Of a stretch of DNA of 29,018 nucleotides, positions 1-7,850 are shown piece by piece (positions within the stretch are counted from its first letter, which is position 1; every line of letters starts with the position of its first letter). Under the pieces are notes generated by a model, which ran no database searches, had not been told where the DNA came from, and saw only the letters and a list, made by a program, of their open reading frames with translations. The stretch covers positions 1-29,018 of the forward strand of contig JBBDRK010000081.1 in the NCBI GenBank assembly GCA_040905465.1. The letters run 5' to 3'. The stretch comes from Trueperaceae bacterium. Lineage in GTDB: Bacteria > Deinococcota > Deinococci > Deinococcales > Trueperaceae. The position numbers and the translations under genes are program-made.

Positions 1-53
1 TTGGTGATCTGGCAGTCACCGCACCACCGGGTCGTGTAGACCTTGATCTGCAT
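1..53 (-). CDS. Glutaredoxin/NrdH/mycoredoxin-like protein, N-terminus only (runs off the window start)
   Basis: Not in the ORF track. Reverse strand from ATG at 53 reads MQIKVYTTRWCGDCQIT, with a WCGDC CxxC motif. SD-like GGAGGTG lies immediately upstream. Confidence 0.8.
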   Translation of the reverse strand, partial: MQIKVYTTRWCGDCQIT

Positions 54-180
54 CACACCTCCGCAGTGCTGCCCCGGTAAAAGAGGCTACCACGGACTCC
101 GCAGGATCCGGTCGTGTGTGTTTCACATCGTCGATCGGGCAGATCTCACATCCGCCGGGCGGCCGTGGCGGCAGTCGGCG

Positions 181-288
181 GAGCGCCAATTTCGAGCGCG
201 CCGGGTGTGGAGCGCGGGAGTCGAGCGCCGGTGTCGAGCGCGGGTGCCTGGCACTTATGCCGAGCGTGGGGGTCGAGCGCGGAGCGGC
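181..288 (+). repeat. Degenerate ~13-bp tandem repeat (consensus about GAGCGCGGGTGTC)
   Basis: GAGCG cores at 181, 194, 210, 223, 236, 262, 275 and 282; spacings are mostly 13 or 26. Confidence 0.6.
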
Positions 289-369
289 AGGCGGCCCAGC
301 GCCGTGCGCCGGTCACCTGCCGGACTGCGAAATCGTTGTCCGGAACGTGTTCTGAATCGTCCGCGCGAG

Positions 370-375
370 TATACT
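370..375 (+). promoter_or_regulatory. Candidate -10 box (TATACT) for typA
   Basis: Near-consensus hexamer ~170 nt upstream of the typA ATG; no clear -35. Confidence 0.4.
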
Positions 376-545
376 GTCAGGTCGTGTCGTGACGAGCCAG
401 CAAAGCGCCGCAACAGGGCGCGACGGCTCAAGGTCGTGTTCTGGCTCGACAGCAACAGGTGCACCATCCGTCCACAGGACATGTGCCCGCCTGCGCAACC
501 AAGAAGGTAGGCCGACCAGCTACGGCCGTTCAGCGAGGAAACCGA

Positions 546-2348
546 ATGACATATCGCAACATAGCCATCATCGCCCACGTCGACCACGGGAAGACCACCC
601 TCGTGGACGGGATGCTGCGGCAGTCCCACATCTTCCGTGACAACCAGGTCGTCGAGGAGCGGGTGATGGACTCGAACGCGCTCGAGCGCGAGCGCGGGAT
701 CACAATTCTTGCCAAGAACACCGCCGTGGAATGGCACGGCGTGAAGATCAACATAGTCGACACGCCCGGCCACGCCGACTTCGGGGGCGAGGTCGAACGC
801 GCGCTCGGGATGGTCGACGGGGTGCTGCTTCTAGTCGACGCGGCGGAGGGGCCTATGCCACAGACCCGCTTCGTCCTCAGGAAAGCGCTCGCCCGCGGTC
901 TCAAGCCGATCGTCGTGATCAACAAGATCGACCGCAAGGACGCCCGACCCGACGGAGTCGTCGACCTCACCTTCGACCTGATGGTGGCGCTTGGCGCAAG
1001 CGACGAACAGCTCGACTTTCCGGTGCTCTACGCGATCGCTCGTGACGGCAAGGCGTGGACCGACCTGGACGCCCCAGCCGACGATCTCGCGGCGCTGTTC
1101 GACGCGATCCTGGAGCACACACCCGAGCCGAATACCGATCCGGACGGGCCATTCCTGCTGCAGGTAGCCAACCTGGACTACTCCGATTACCTCGGCCGGA
1201 TCGCCGTCGGCCGTGTCCTGCGGGGCCGTGCCAAGACCGGCGACCCGGTAGCGCGGGTGGCGACCGACGGCAGCGTCGATCGTGCCCGGCTGACGAAGGT
1301 CTACGGTCACCTCGGCCTGCAACGTGTCGAAGTGGACGAAGCGTATGCCGGCGACATCATTGCGATCTCGGGAATGGAACGTGTGCAGATCGGTGACACG
1401 CTGTGCCATCCGGATCACATCGAGGCCCTGCCGGTGATGGAGGTCGACCAGCCGACCATGGCGGTGACCTTCAGCCCCAACACCAGCCCGTTCGCAGGCC
1501 GCGAGGGGCGTTTCGTCACCAGCCGCCACATCGGAGACCGGCTCAAGCGCGAACTGCTTACCAACGTTGCGCTGCGGGTGGAGGAACTCGGCGGCGAGCT
1601 CTACCGCGTCGCCGGCCGCGGTGAGCTGCACCTGTCGATCCTGATCGAACAGATGCGCCGGGAAGGTTACGAGTTCAGCGTCTCGCGGCCCGAGGTGATC
1701 CTCAAGGAGGAGGGCGGCGTGAAGCACGAGCCGTTCGAGCACGTGGTCGCAGACGTTCCCGTAGAGGCGATGGGCTCGGTAATGGAGTCGCTTTCCAGCC
1801 GCCGTGGCAGCCTGCTCAACATGGAACAGAGTGAGGACCGGGCGCGCCTCGAGTTCAGCATGCCCAGCCGTGCCCTCTTCGGCTACCGCACCATCTTCCT
1901 GTCGATGACGCAGGGCGAGGGACTGCTGTCGCACGTCTTCGACGGCTACGAACCGGTCGCAGGCGAGATCCGCACGCGCCAGGGCGGTTCGATGGTGGCG
2001 ATGGAGCCGGGCGAGGTGTTCGCCTACAGCATGTTCAAGCTGCAGGACCGCGGAACCTTCTTCGTCGAACCCGGCACCGAGGTGTACGTCGGCATGATCG
2101 TCGGTGCCCACGCACGCCACGGCGATCTCAACATCAACGTGTCGAAGAACAAGAAGATGACGAACGTGCGCGCCTCCGGCAGCGACGACAACATCACGCT
2201 GGTGCCGCCGAAGCGGCTCACACTCGAGGAGGCGCTCGAGTACATCGCCGACGACGAACTGGTGGAGGTCACCCCCAAGAGCGTCCGCCTGCGCAAGCGG
2301 GTCCTGGAACCGAGCATGCGCAAGCGGGAGAGCAAGGTCGCGGGCTGA
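546..2348 (+). CDS. typA: Translational GTPase TypA/BipA
   Basis: [34 protein letters not shown] and NKID G-motifs; C-terminal [17 protein letters not shown] at 546 follows a GAGGA SD, so the ORF-track start at 459 is too long. Confidence 0.97.
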   Translation: MTYRNIAIIAHVDHGKTTLVDGMLRQSHIFRDNQVVEERVMDSNALERERGITILAKNTAVEWHGVKINIVDTPGHADFGGEVERALGMVDGVLLLVDAAEGPMPQTRFVLRKALARGLKPIVVINKIDRKDARPDGVVDLTFDLMVALGASDEQLDFPVLYAIARDGKAWTDLDAPADDLAALFDAILEHTPEPNTDPDGPFLLQVANLDYSDYLGRIAVGRVLRGRAKTGDPVARVATDGSVDRARLTKVYGHLGLQRVEVDEAYAGDIIAISGMERVQIGDTLCHPDHIEALPVMEVDQPTMAVTFSPNTSPFAGREGRFVTSRHIGDRLKRELLTNVALRVEELGGELYRVAGRGELHLSILIEQMRREGYEFSVSRPEVILKEEGGVKHEPFEHVVADVPVEAMGSVMESLSSRRGSLLNMEQSEDRARLEFSMPSRALFGYRTIFLSMTQGEGLLSHVFDGYEPVAGEIRTRQGGSMVAMEPGEVFAYSMFKLQDRGTFFVEPGTEVYVGMIVGAHARHGDLNINVSKNKKMTNVRASGSDDNITLVPPKRLTLEEALEYIADDELVEVTPKSVRLRKRVLEPSMRKRESKVAG

Positions 2349-2461
2349 GCCCCCTCATCTCGGGCTCCCGGAGCGGTAAGCCCTATCGGAGCCCTCCCCT
2401 TCCCGGGTTCGGCCGCAGGTGGGCGAGGGACCTCGGGAGCGACCGGAGGCGCTGAGGCCGT

Positions 2462-2590
2462 GGAGCGTTGTCAGTTCGGCGTTCTCCGGTATGAGGGTCA
2501 CACCGCGGCCGGCAGCCATTGCATCCAGGATCTCAACGAGGAGCCCTACGGCCCTGGGGGAAGCTCGATTGGCTCGTCTTGCCCACCAGT
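2462..2590 (-). pseudogene. Remnant of an excisionase-like/HTH_17 DNA-binding protein (type often paired with PIN-domain toxins)
   Basis: GQDEPIELP in one frame continues as RAVGLLVEILDAMAAGRGVTLIPENAELTT in another, with the frameshift at the G run 2556-2560. Similarity stops where the HTH should begin. The 5' end may extend to the ATG at 2821. Confidence 0.7.
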
Positions 2591-2951
2591 GAGTGGCGGG
2601 ATCGTAGGAAGTGGCGAGCGAGGCGTCCCCTCGCATGTGAGCTGCTTTATCCAGCTGACAGCGGTCAACGCAGTTTTGCTCTGCGGGCATCCATTCACGC
2701 CCATCGCTCGCGTGATTCTTCGCCGTTTCGCTGTCTGGCAGCACCGGAGAGCGTCGCATAGCGAAGCGGCGTCTCTGGCTTCGAGTGCCCCAAATGGCTT
2801 TTGCAGTGCAGCGATGCTCATTCCCTAGTCCGGCAGGTGCAGAAGAACAGGTTCTTGGCGGTGCCACGCCTCATTGCCGAGGATGAGGGGGTTTTGGGAG
2901 CTCAGTCCCTCTCTGGCGGTACTGATGTGGCCCTATGTTTTGAACCAACCT

Positions 2952-2979
2952 TTGCTCGACCGCCGCACTCCGGTATATT
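2952..2979 (+). promoter_or_regulatory. Candidate promoter of the MNT-HEPN operon, leaderless geometry
   Basis: TTGCTC (2952-2957), 16 nt, TATATT (2974-2979), 6 nt, ATG at 2986. Confidence 0.55.
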
Positions 2980-2985
2980 CTCCGT

Positions 2986-3303
2986 ATGACACGTGCGGCG
3001 CTGTCCCGAGACGAGGCCATACGTCGCCTCCAGCAAGCCGAGCCCGAGATTCGCTCCCTCGGTGTCGCGCGCCTTGCACTGTTCGGTTCGGTACTGCGCG
3101 ATCAGGCGAATCCAGACAGTGACGTAGACATCCTGGTCGAGTTTGCTCCAGGGACAAAATCATTCGCTCATCTGCTCACCCTCTTCGACCTCCTCGAGGA
3201 GCGGCTGGGGCAGCGCGTAGAGGTCGTCACGATCGAGGCCCTCTCGCCATTCTTGGGGCCACGAATCCTCGCCGAGGCGCAGGATGTCTTTCGAGCCGCG
3301 TGA
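2986..3303 (+). CDS. Minimal nucleotidyltransferase (MntA-type antitoxin)
   Basis: 105 aa with the GS-x10-DxD motif (LFGSVLRDQANPDSDVDILVEF); overlaps the downstream HEPN gene by 20 nt. Confidence 0.92.
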   Translation: MTRAALSRDEAIRRLQQAEPEIRSLGVARLALFGSVLRDQANPDSDVDILVEFAPGTKSFAHLLTLFDLLEERLGQRVEVVTIEALSPFLGPRILAEAQDVFRAA

Positions 3304-3619
3304 CTACCTCCGCCACATCCTCGTTGAGGCGGACTATCTGCTAGCCAACCAGTCCGGCTTGTCGTTCGAGACTTTCATGGCCAACGAAACATTGCAGCGT
3401 GCATTCGTCCGGAGTCTCGAAATCATCGACGAGGCGACCAAGAAGGTTCCCCTAGATTTCCGGTCCCAGTATTCCGACATCGAGTGGAGAGCAATGGCCG
3501 GCATGCGGGACCGCCTAGTCCACGACTACTTCGGGGTCGACTACGAAATCGTATGGGACGTAGTCCACAGCCGAATCCCGGACCTGCGGCGCCAGATCTA
3601 CTCCATTCTCGAGGCATAG
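3284..3619 (+). CDS. DUF86/HepT-like HEPN ribonuclease toxin
   Basis: 111 aa; DYLRHIL, RSLEII(D)EA and the Rx4HxY motif in WRAMAGMRDRLVHDYFGVD. Confidence 0.92.
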   Translation: MSFEPRDYLRHILVEADYLLANQSGLSFETFMANETLQRAFVRSLEIIDEATKKVPLDFRSQYSDIEWRAMAGMRDRLVHDYFGVDYEIVWDVVHSRIPDLRRQIYSILEA

Positions 3620-3720
3620 TGAACGATTGCGGTTCAGGTTCAACAGCTCCCAGATTGGAGTGGCAGTAGCGGGCAGCCGGCACAAGGGTCAAAATGGGCG
3701 ACGCAATCAATCAGTTGAAC

Positions 3721-3782
3721 CTCTACTTTCGCGCCAGATAGCGCCGGTTGCGCAAGTCCCAATATCGGGCGCGAAAATGGAG
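3721..3782. repeat. Long imperfect inverted repeat between the convergent HEPN and fic genes
   Basis: TTTCGCGCC-A-GATA (3727-3740) pairs with TATC-G-GGCGCGAAA (3763-3776); pairing extends to CTCTA/TGGAG; 22-nt loop. Confidence 0.6.
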
Positions 3783-3878
3783 CTTTGCCACGTAGATGTG
3801 TGTCTGCCTCGTGCGGATTAATCGGATCTAGGTCCGGTTACAGACCGGCTTCACATCGACCATATCGGATTTGCCCAG

Positions 3879-5285
3879 TTATCGAGCGCGGCTATCCGCC
3901 CAGGTGGCGCACCACTGCGCGAACTCCGCGGGCCGAATGCGGTAGCGTGCAAAGTTACCCTCATGCAGACCGAGAAGCTCGCTCTCAGCGATCTCGCGAA
4001 ACCGATCACGGTCTGCCGCGTTGATGTGATCATTTGTCCAGGACGCGATTTGCGAGGCCGCGGCCTTCCGATCCATGCCGAAGCGGACGATTTCCGCGAC
4101 GAGGGCGTGGAGGGCGTCTCGGTACTTCAGTCGAAACGGATCTGGCTCGCCGAGTGACTGACGGACCGCGGCGTAGCGAGCGGCGGAGCGCTCGTAGGCC
4201 CAAATGAAGACATCTTTGAGAAGATCGGCCCTGTTTCGTTCGTATATGCCGAGGATGGCCTCTGTGTAAGCGCCACGCGGAACGTCGGTGAAGGAGAGCG
4301 GCGAGAAATTGCCCTTGATGAGGGGAATATTCGCGGAAAGCCGCGAAACCCTCTTGTTCACATCGTCGAAGGGCTGGAGGTAGGGCAACTGCACCATGAC
4401 GAAGAACGCCTGCTCGAACGGATCTTTGATAGCGGCCGCGCTCATAAGCAACTGGTCGAAGCACTCCTCGATGACCTGCGGGACTTCGAGCGGATGGAAT
4501 GCGGACCTCTCGATTCCGACCGGAATGCGCCGCAGGCGACCCGCCGCTGACTCGTCCTGCAGCAGGTTATTCGCAAGAATCGCATGGAGATTGAGTATCG
4601 TGTAACGGTTGAAACCGATATCTTCGGCCGCACCGACCAGGAACTCAATCGCGTCCTTGTGGTTTAGGATCATCTGCGCTTCGAGACGGTCGCCGTCTTC
4701 GGCCTCTTCGCCGAACTCGATCAGGCGTCGTGTATCCAGCAGAGAGTAGGTGTTGCCTTCAAGGCGGCTCGAATTCCAGGATAGGTCGATCAGAAGGCGG
4801 TTCAGAATTTGCTTCGCGTAAGTACCTGCCGGCTGCGCATGGAAGTCGGGCTTGCCCACCTTTGCGAGATGGGCGCGCTGGTCGGAGGAAAGATAGAAGC
4901 TCTCGTTTGGGCGGTAGGAATCGAGAAAGGCGCGGTTGTAACCTACGGGCCCGCGAGCCGAGACCGGCTGACGCAGATAGGCGCGGATATCCTCGCCGGC
5001 GGGGGAGATCGGAATAACAGGCTCGCTCTCTTCTTCTGGGATCTGGACTGCTGAAGCGGGCGCTTCACGTTCTCCGGTCGGTGGAAGCCAGTATCGCGTC
5101 CAGCGGCGCTCACCTGTCCTGACAAGGCGTCCCTCTGCTACGAGGCGCCGCAAGCGGTATTGCAAGGTGCGCTCCGGCACGTCAGGTAGCGCCGCGACGA
5201 AATCCTGCAAGCGCGCCCCATCGGGGTGGCGGTTCACGATCTCGACGATCATTGTTAGCTCTTCGGCGGGAACGGGCCTCGGCAC
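3879..5285 (-). CDS. Fic/DOC family protein with N-terminal winged-HTH
   Basis: N-terminal ERTLQYRLRRLVAEGRLVRTGERRWTRY (wHTH); SSRLEGN (SxxxEG helix); variant Fic loop YLQPFDDVNKRVSR. GTG at 5285 is 5 nt after an AAGGAG SD, whereas the GTG at 5291 overlaps the SD. Confidence 0.9.
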   Translation of the reverse strand: MPRPVPAEELTMIVEIVNRHPDGARLQDFVAALPDVPERTLQYRLRRLVAEGRLVRTGERRWTRYWLPPTGEREAPASAVQIPEEESEPVIPISPAGEDIRAYLRQPVSARGPVGYNRAFLDSYRPNESFYLSSDQRAHLAKVGKPDFHAQPAGTYAKQILNRLLIDLSWNSSRLEGNTYSLLDTRRLIEFGEEAEDGDRLEAQMILNHKDAIEFLVGAAEDIGFNRYTILNLHAILANNLLQDESAAGRLRRIPVGIERSAFHPLEVPQVIEECFDQLLMSAAAIKDPFEQAFFVMVQLPYLQPFDDVNKRVSRLSANIPLIKGNFSPLSFTDVPRGAYTEAILGIYERNRADLLKDVFIWAYERSAARYAAVRQSLGEPDPFRLKYRDALHALVAEIVRFGMDRKAAASQIASWTNDHINAADRDRFREIAESELLGLHEGNFARYRIRPAEFAQWCATWADSRAR

Positions 5286-5297
5286 CGGCACTCCTTA

Positions 5298-5414
5298 CTT
5301 GCGCATAAACGCTAAACGCAAGCAAAGCAGAAATATGCGCAAGAATCAAGCCTATACGCCATCTTGACCTAACGAATGGAACAGAATAGTTGCGGATAGG
5401 CCACCTATGCGCAA
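5298..5414. promoter_or_regulatory. Four TTGCGCATA-like boxes in two inverted pairs upstream of fic (candidate operator)
   Basis: CTTGCGCATA 5298-5307 / TATGCGCAAG 5334-5343 is a perfect 10-bp inverted repeat. TTGCGGATAGG 5390-5400 / CCTATGCGCAA 5404-5414 has 1 mismatch. Confidence 0.6.
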
Positions 5415-5505
5415 AGGTAGTTCGCTGACGACGGGAGACCAGTCCCGTCGGGATTTCCTCAATTAACTGGCAGGAAAGCATTACTTTTGCCTGACCAATT
5501 ACCGA

Positions 5506-5537
5506 GCAGAGGCCACCCGCTCACGGGTGTCCTCTGC
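5506..5537 (-). terminator. GC-rich hairpin downstream of scpA, possible terminator
   Basis: GCAGAGG-C-CACCCG / CTCA loop / CGGGTG-T-CCTCTGC gives 13 of 14 pairs; no clear U tract. Confidence 0.45.
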
Positions 5538-5580
5538 AGATTAATCACCTCAGCCAGCGGGCCGTTTTGAGCGGCCTGTC

Positions 5581-6312
5581 TCAGGCAACCTCGGCTGCTT
5601 CGACCTCGGTGAGCTGCAGTTCGATTTCACCGTACGGCTCGGCCTGGGACGCGGCGATCTTGCCTTCGCGCACAAGCTCGAGCATACCCGCGAAGAACAC
5701 CGTCAGTTGCGGCCACTCCGGGCTTTCGCAGGCCTCGTGGAGCAGTGCCTTGCGCCATCGTCGCATGGTTCCCAGGAGCTGCTGGATGGCCCCGTTCATG
5801 GTCAACCGGTTGACCGCCAGCTCGAAGTATCCGCCGCCCCGGTAACGGGTCGCCAGTCGCGCCAGGTGTTCTATTCCCGTCGTGAACGGTCGAACCGGGC
5901 GGGGGTAGTCGGGTCGCGGCGTCCGGGCGGGCAGGACGATGCGGCGCTCGTCGCGGCGCCGGCGAAGGAAGTCTATGGCGTCCTCGAGCTCCTCGAGCAT
6001 CGCAACGGCCTCCAGCGTCTCTTCGAGCGCCTCACCCTCCTCGTCGTCGTCGGTCGTCGGCGGCCTCGGTAACAGGAGGCGCAGCTTCAGCTCGATCACC
6101 TGGGCGACGTTGGGCAGCGCCACGCTCGCCAGCTCGAGGCTGTGACTGGCCACGGAATTGAAGTGTTGCAGAAAAGACTGGACGAGTGCGAGCAGGTCGA
6201 TCGAAGACGGGGCTACCGCACCGCGCCGGAGCGCGTATGCGAGCTCTCCCAGCGTGCCCTCGAAGCCTTGCTGCTGGACGACGAAGGCCTGCGGCTCAGT
6301 GTCGCCGGTCAC
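5581..6312 (-). CDS. scpA: Segregation and condensation protein A (kleisin)
   Basis: N-terminal FEGTLGEL...SIDLLALVQSFL, IELKLRLLLP, and C-terminal FAGMLELVREGKIAASQAEPYGEI. Exact start is uncertain. Confidence 0.85.
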   Translation of the reverse strand: MTGDTEPQAFVVQQQGFEGTLGELAYALRRGAVAPSSIDLLALVQSFLQHFNSVASHSLELASVALPNVAQVIELKLRLLLPRPPTTDDDEEGEALEETLEAVAMLEELEDAIDFLRRRRDERRIVLPARTPRPDYPRPVRPFTTGIEHLARLATRYRGGGYFELAVNRLTMNGAIQQLLGTMRRWRKALLHEACESPEWPQLTVFFAGMLELVREGKIAASQAEPYGEIELQLTEVEAAEVA

Positions 6313-6376
6313 AGTCGCTCACCGCCGGAGTCTACCATGGCGGTCGCCCCGGTCCCGGCGTCCGGAGCGGCCACTC

Positions 6377-6988
6377 TCAGTCGAGGAATGGATCGAATTC
6401 GGTCCGCAGGTGACGCGTATCGTTCACCCGCTCGATCAGCACGTGGTCGTCTCGAAAGAGAAGCCTGGTGAGCGAGGTGTGCCGAAGGAAGATGCGCTTG
6501 CGCCAGAGCGGGTGCTCCACACCCATGACGTGCGCGATTATCATCTGGATCGGCCCCGAATGAGACAAGGCGACGATGTGGGGCGCCTCGGGCAGGTCCT
6601 CCAACCAGGAGACAGCGCGCTCCATCAGATCGCGGTAGCTCTCCCCCTCCGGAACCCTCCGAGAGAACGGGTCCTGGTGCCACCAGTCCCATGCCTCGTG
6701 GTCCCGGTTCTCCTCGGGCGTCTTGCCCTGGAACACGCCGAAGTCCAACTCCATCAGACGCGGGTCGGAGACGATGGCAGATTCGGGGAAGGCCAGGCGC
6801 GCGGTGTCGTAAGCACGCTTGAGCGGGCTTGAATAGAGCAGATCGACCTCGCTCGAGCCGACTCGCCCTGCCAGGGCGCGCGCCTGCGACGTGCCCTCGC
6901 TGGAGAGCTGGCAATCGAGGTGTCCCTGGAGGCGCCCGTCGGCGTTCCAGTCGGTGAGAGCGTGACGTATGAGGGTAAGCCGTCGCAT
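6377..6988 (-). CDS. Histidine phosphatase (PGM/CobC-like) family protein
   Basis: LIRHALTDWN (RHx), SSPLKRAYDTA, LMELDFG, PEGES and SHSG motifs. Confidence 0.9.
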   Translation of the reverse strand: MRRLTLIRHALTDWNADGRLQGHLDCQLSSEGTSQARALAGRVGSSEVDLLYSSPLKRAYDTARLAFPESAIVSDPRLMELDFGVFQGKTPEENRDHEAWDWWHQDPFSRRVPEGESYRDLMERAVSWLEDLPEAPHIVALSHSGPIQMIIAHVMGVEHPLWRKRIFLRHTSLTRLLFRDDHVLIERVNDTRHLRTEFDPFLD

Positions 6989-7079
6989 AGGCCGCCTGTG
7001 AGTCTACCAGTACATGGGCGCCACGAGACAGCTTCGCCACGACCCGACTCCCGCGCGCGCCGCGTGCTAGCCTGCCGCC

Positions 7080-7799
7080 ATGAATGCTCTGGAGAATAAG
7101 GTTGCACTGGTTACCGGCGGCTCCAAGGGGATCGGTCTGGCGGTCGCGGATGCGATTGTGCGAGCGGGCATGAACGTCGCCATCACCGCCCGCAATCGCG
7201 CAGAAGTGGAAGCCGCCGCCGCCCGGCTCGAGGAAACCGGCCCCGGCAAGTCTGTGGGAATCGTCTGCGACGTGCGGGACTTCGAACAGCAACGCTCGGC
7301 GGTAGACCGGGTGGTTGCCGCCTACGGCGGGCTCGATGTGGTGATTGCCAACGCCGGAGTGGGCCGGTTCGCGGCCGTCGACGAGATGTCGGTCGAAGAC
7401 TGGCACTCGGTCATCGACACCAACCTCACCGGCGTGTTTTATACCGTCAAGGCGTCGGTGGCGCAGTTGAAGAAGCGAAAAGGCTACCTGATCACCATCG
7501 GCTCGCTGGCTGGCACCAACTTCTTCGCTGGCGGAAGCGCCTACAACGCCAGCAAGTTCGGTCTCGCCGGCTTCAGTCAGGCGGCGATGCTGGACCTGCG
7601 TCGCCACGGGGTGAAGGTATCGACCATCATGCCCGGGTCGGTAGCGACCCATTTCAGCGGAAGCGCTCCGGCTCCCAGTGAGAGTTGGAAGATCCAGCCC
7701 GAGGACATCGGCGAGATGGTGATGTACCTTCTGACCGCGCCGGAGCGTACGCTCCCCTCGAAGATCGAGGTCAGGCCCAGCCGTCCACCGTCGTCCTGA
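7080..7799 (+). CDS. SDR family NAD(P)-dependent oxidoreductase
   Basis: TGGSKGIG, ANAG and YNASK (YxxxK). TGcTAGCCT lies 6 nt before the ATG. Confidence 0.95.
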   Translation: MNALENKVALVTGGSKGIGLAVADAIVRAGMNVAITARNRAEVEAAAARLEETGPGKSVGIVCDVRDFEQQRSAVDRVVAAYGGLDVVIANAGVGRFAAVDEMSVEDWHSVIDTNLTGVFYTVKASVAQLKKRKGYLITIGSLAGTNFFAGGSAYNASKFGLAGFSQAAMLDLRRHGVKVSTIMPGSVATHFSGSAPAPSESWKIQPEDIGEMVMYLLTAPERTLPSKIEVRPSRPPSS

Positions 7800-7850
7800 G
7801 CAGCGCCGATCGGAACGCCCTGGCCCGAGCGGGGCTAGACTCTGGGGGCC

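Larger units (their letters stand above)
2350..5560. other. Accessory TA/Fic islet between typA and scpA
   Basis: Contains an HTH pseudogene, an MNT-HEPN pair and a Fic gene. Visibly more AT-rich and less GC3-biased than the flanks. No integrase or att repeats found; boundaries are approximate. Confidence 0.55.

Noticed and set aside
181-288. CRISPR array
   Set aside because: Units are ~13 bp and degenerate, with no unique spacers and no cas genes.
2843-2856. LexA/Cheo box-like palindrome AAGAAC-AG-GTTCTT (also GAAC-GT-GTTC near 343)
   Set aside because: Spacer is 2 nt rather than the 4 nt of GAAC-N4-GTTC; short enough to occur by chance.
3638-3720. Integron attC site (GTTCAAC...GTTGAAC fits RYYYAAC/GTTRRRY just after a TA pair)
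   Set aside because: Inner L boxes do not pair at the required spacing, and there is no second attC or integrase. IntegronFinder would settle it.
2340-5580. Prophage, IS or integrative element with att or target-site repeats
   Set aside because: No transposase or integrase, and no convincing direct or terminal inverted repeats found by eye.
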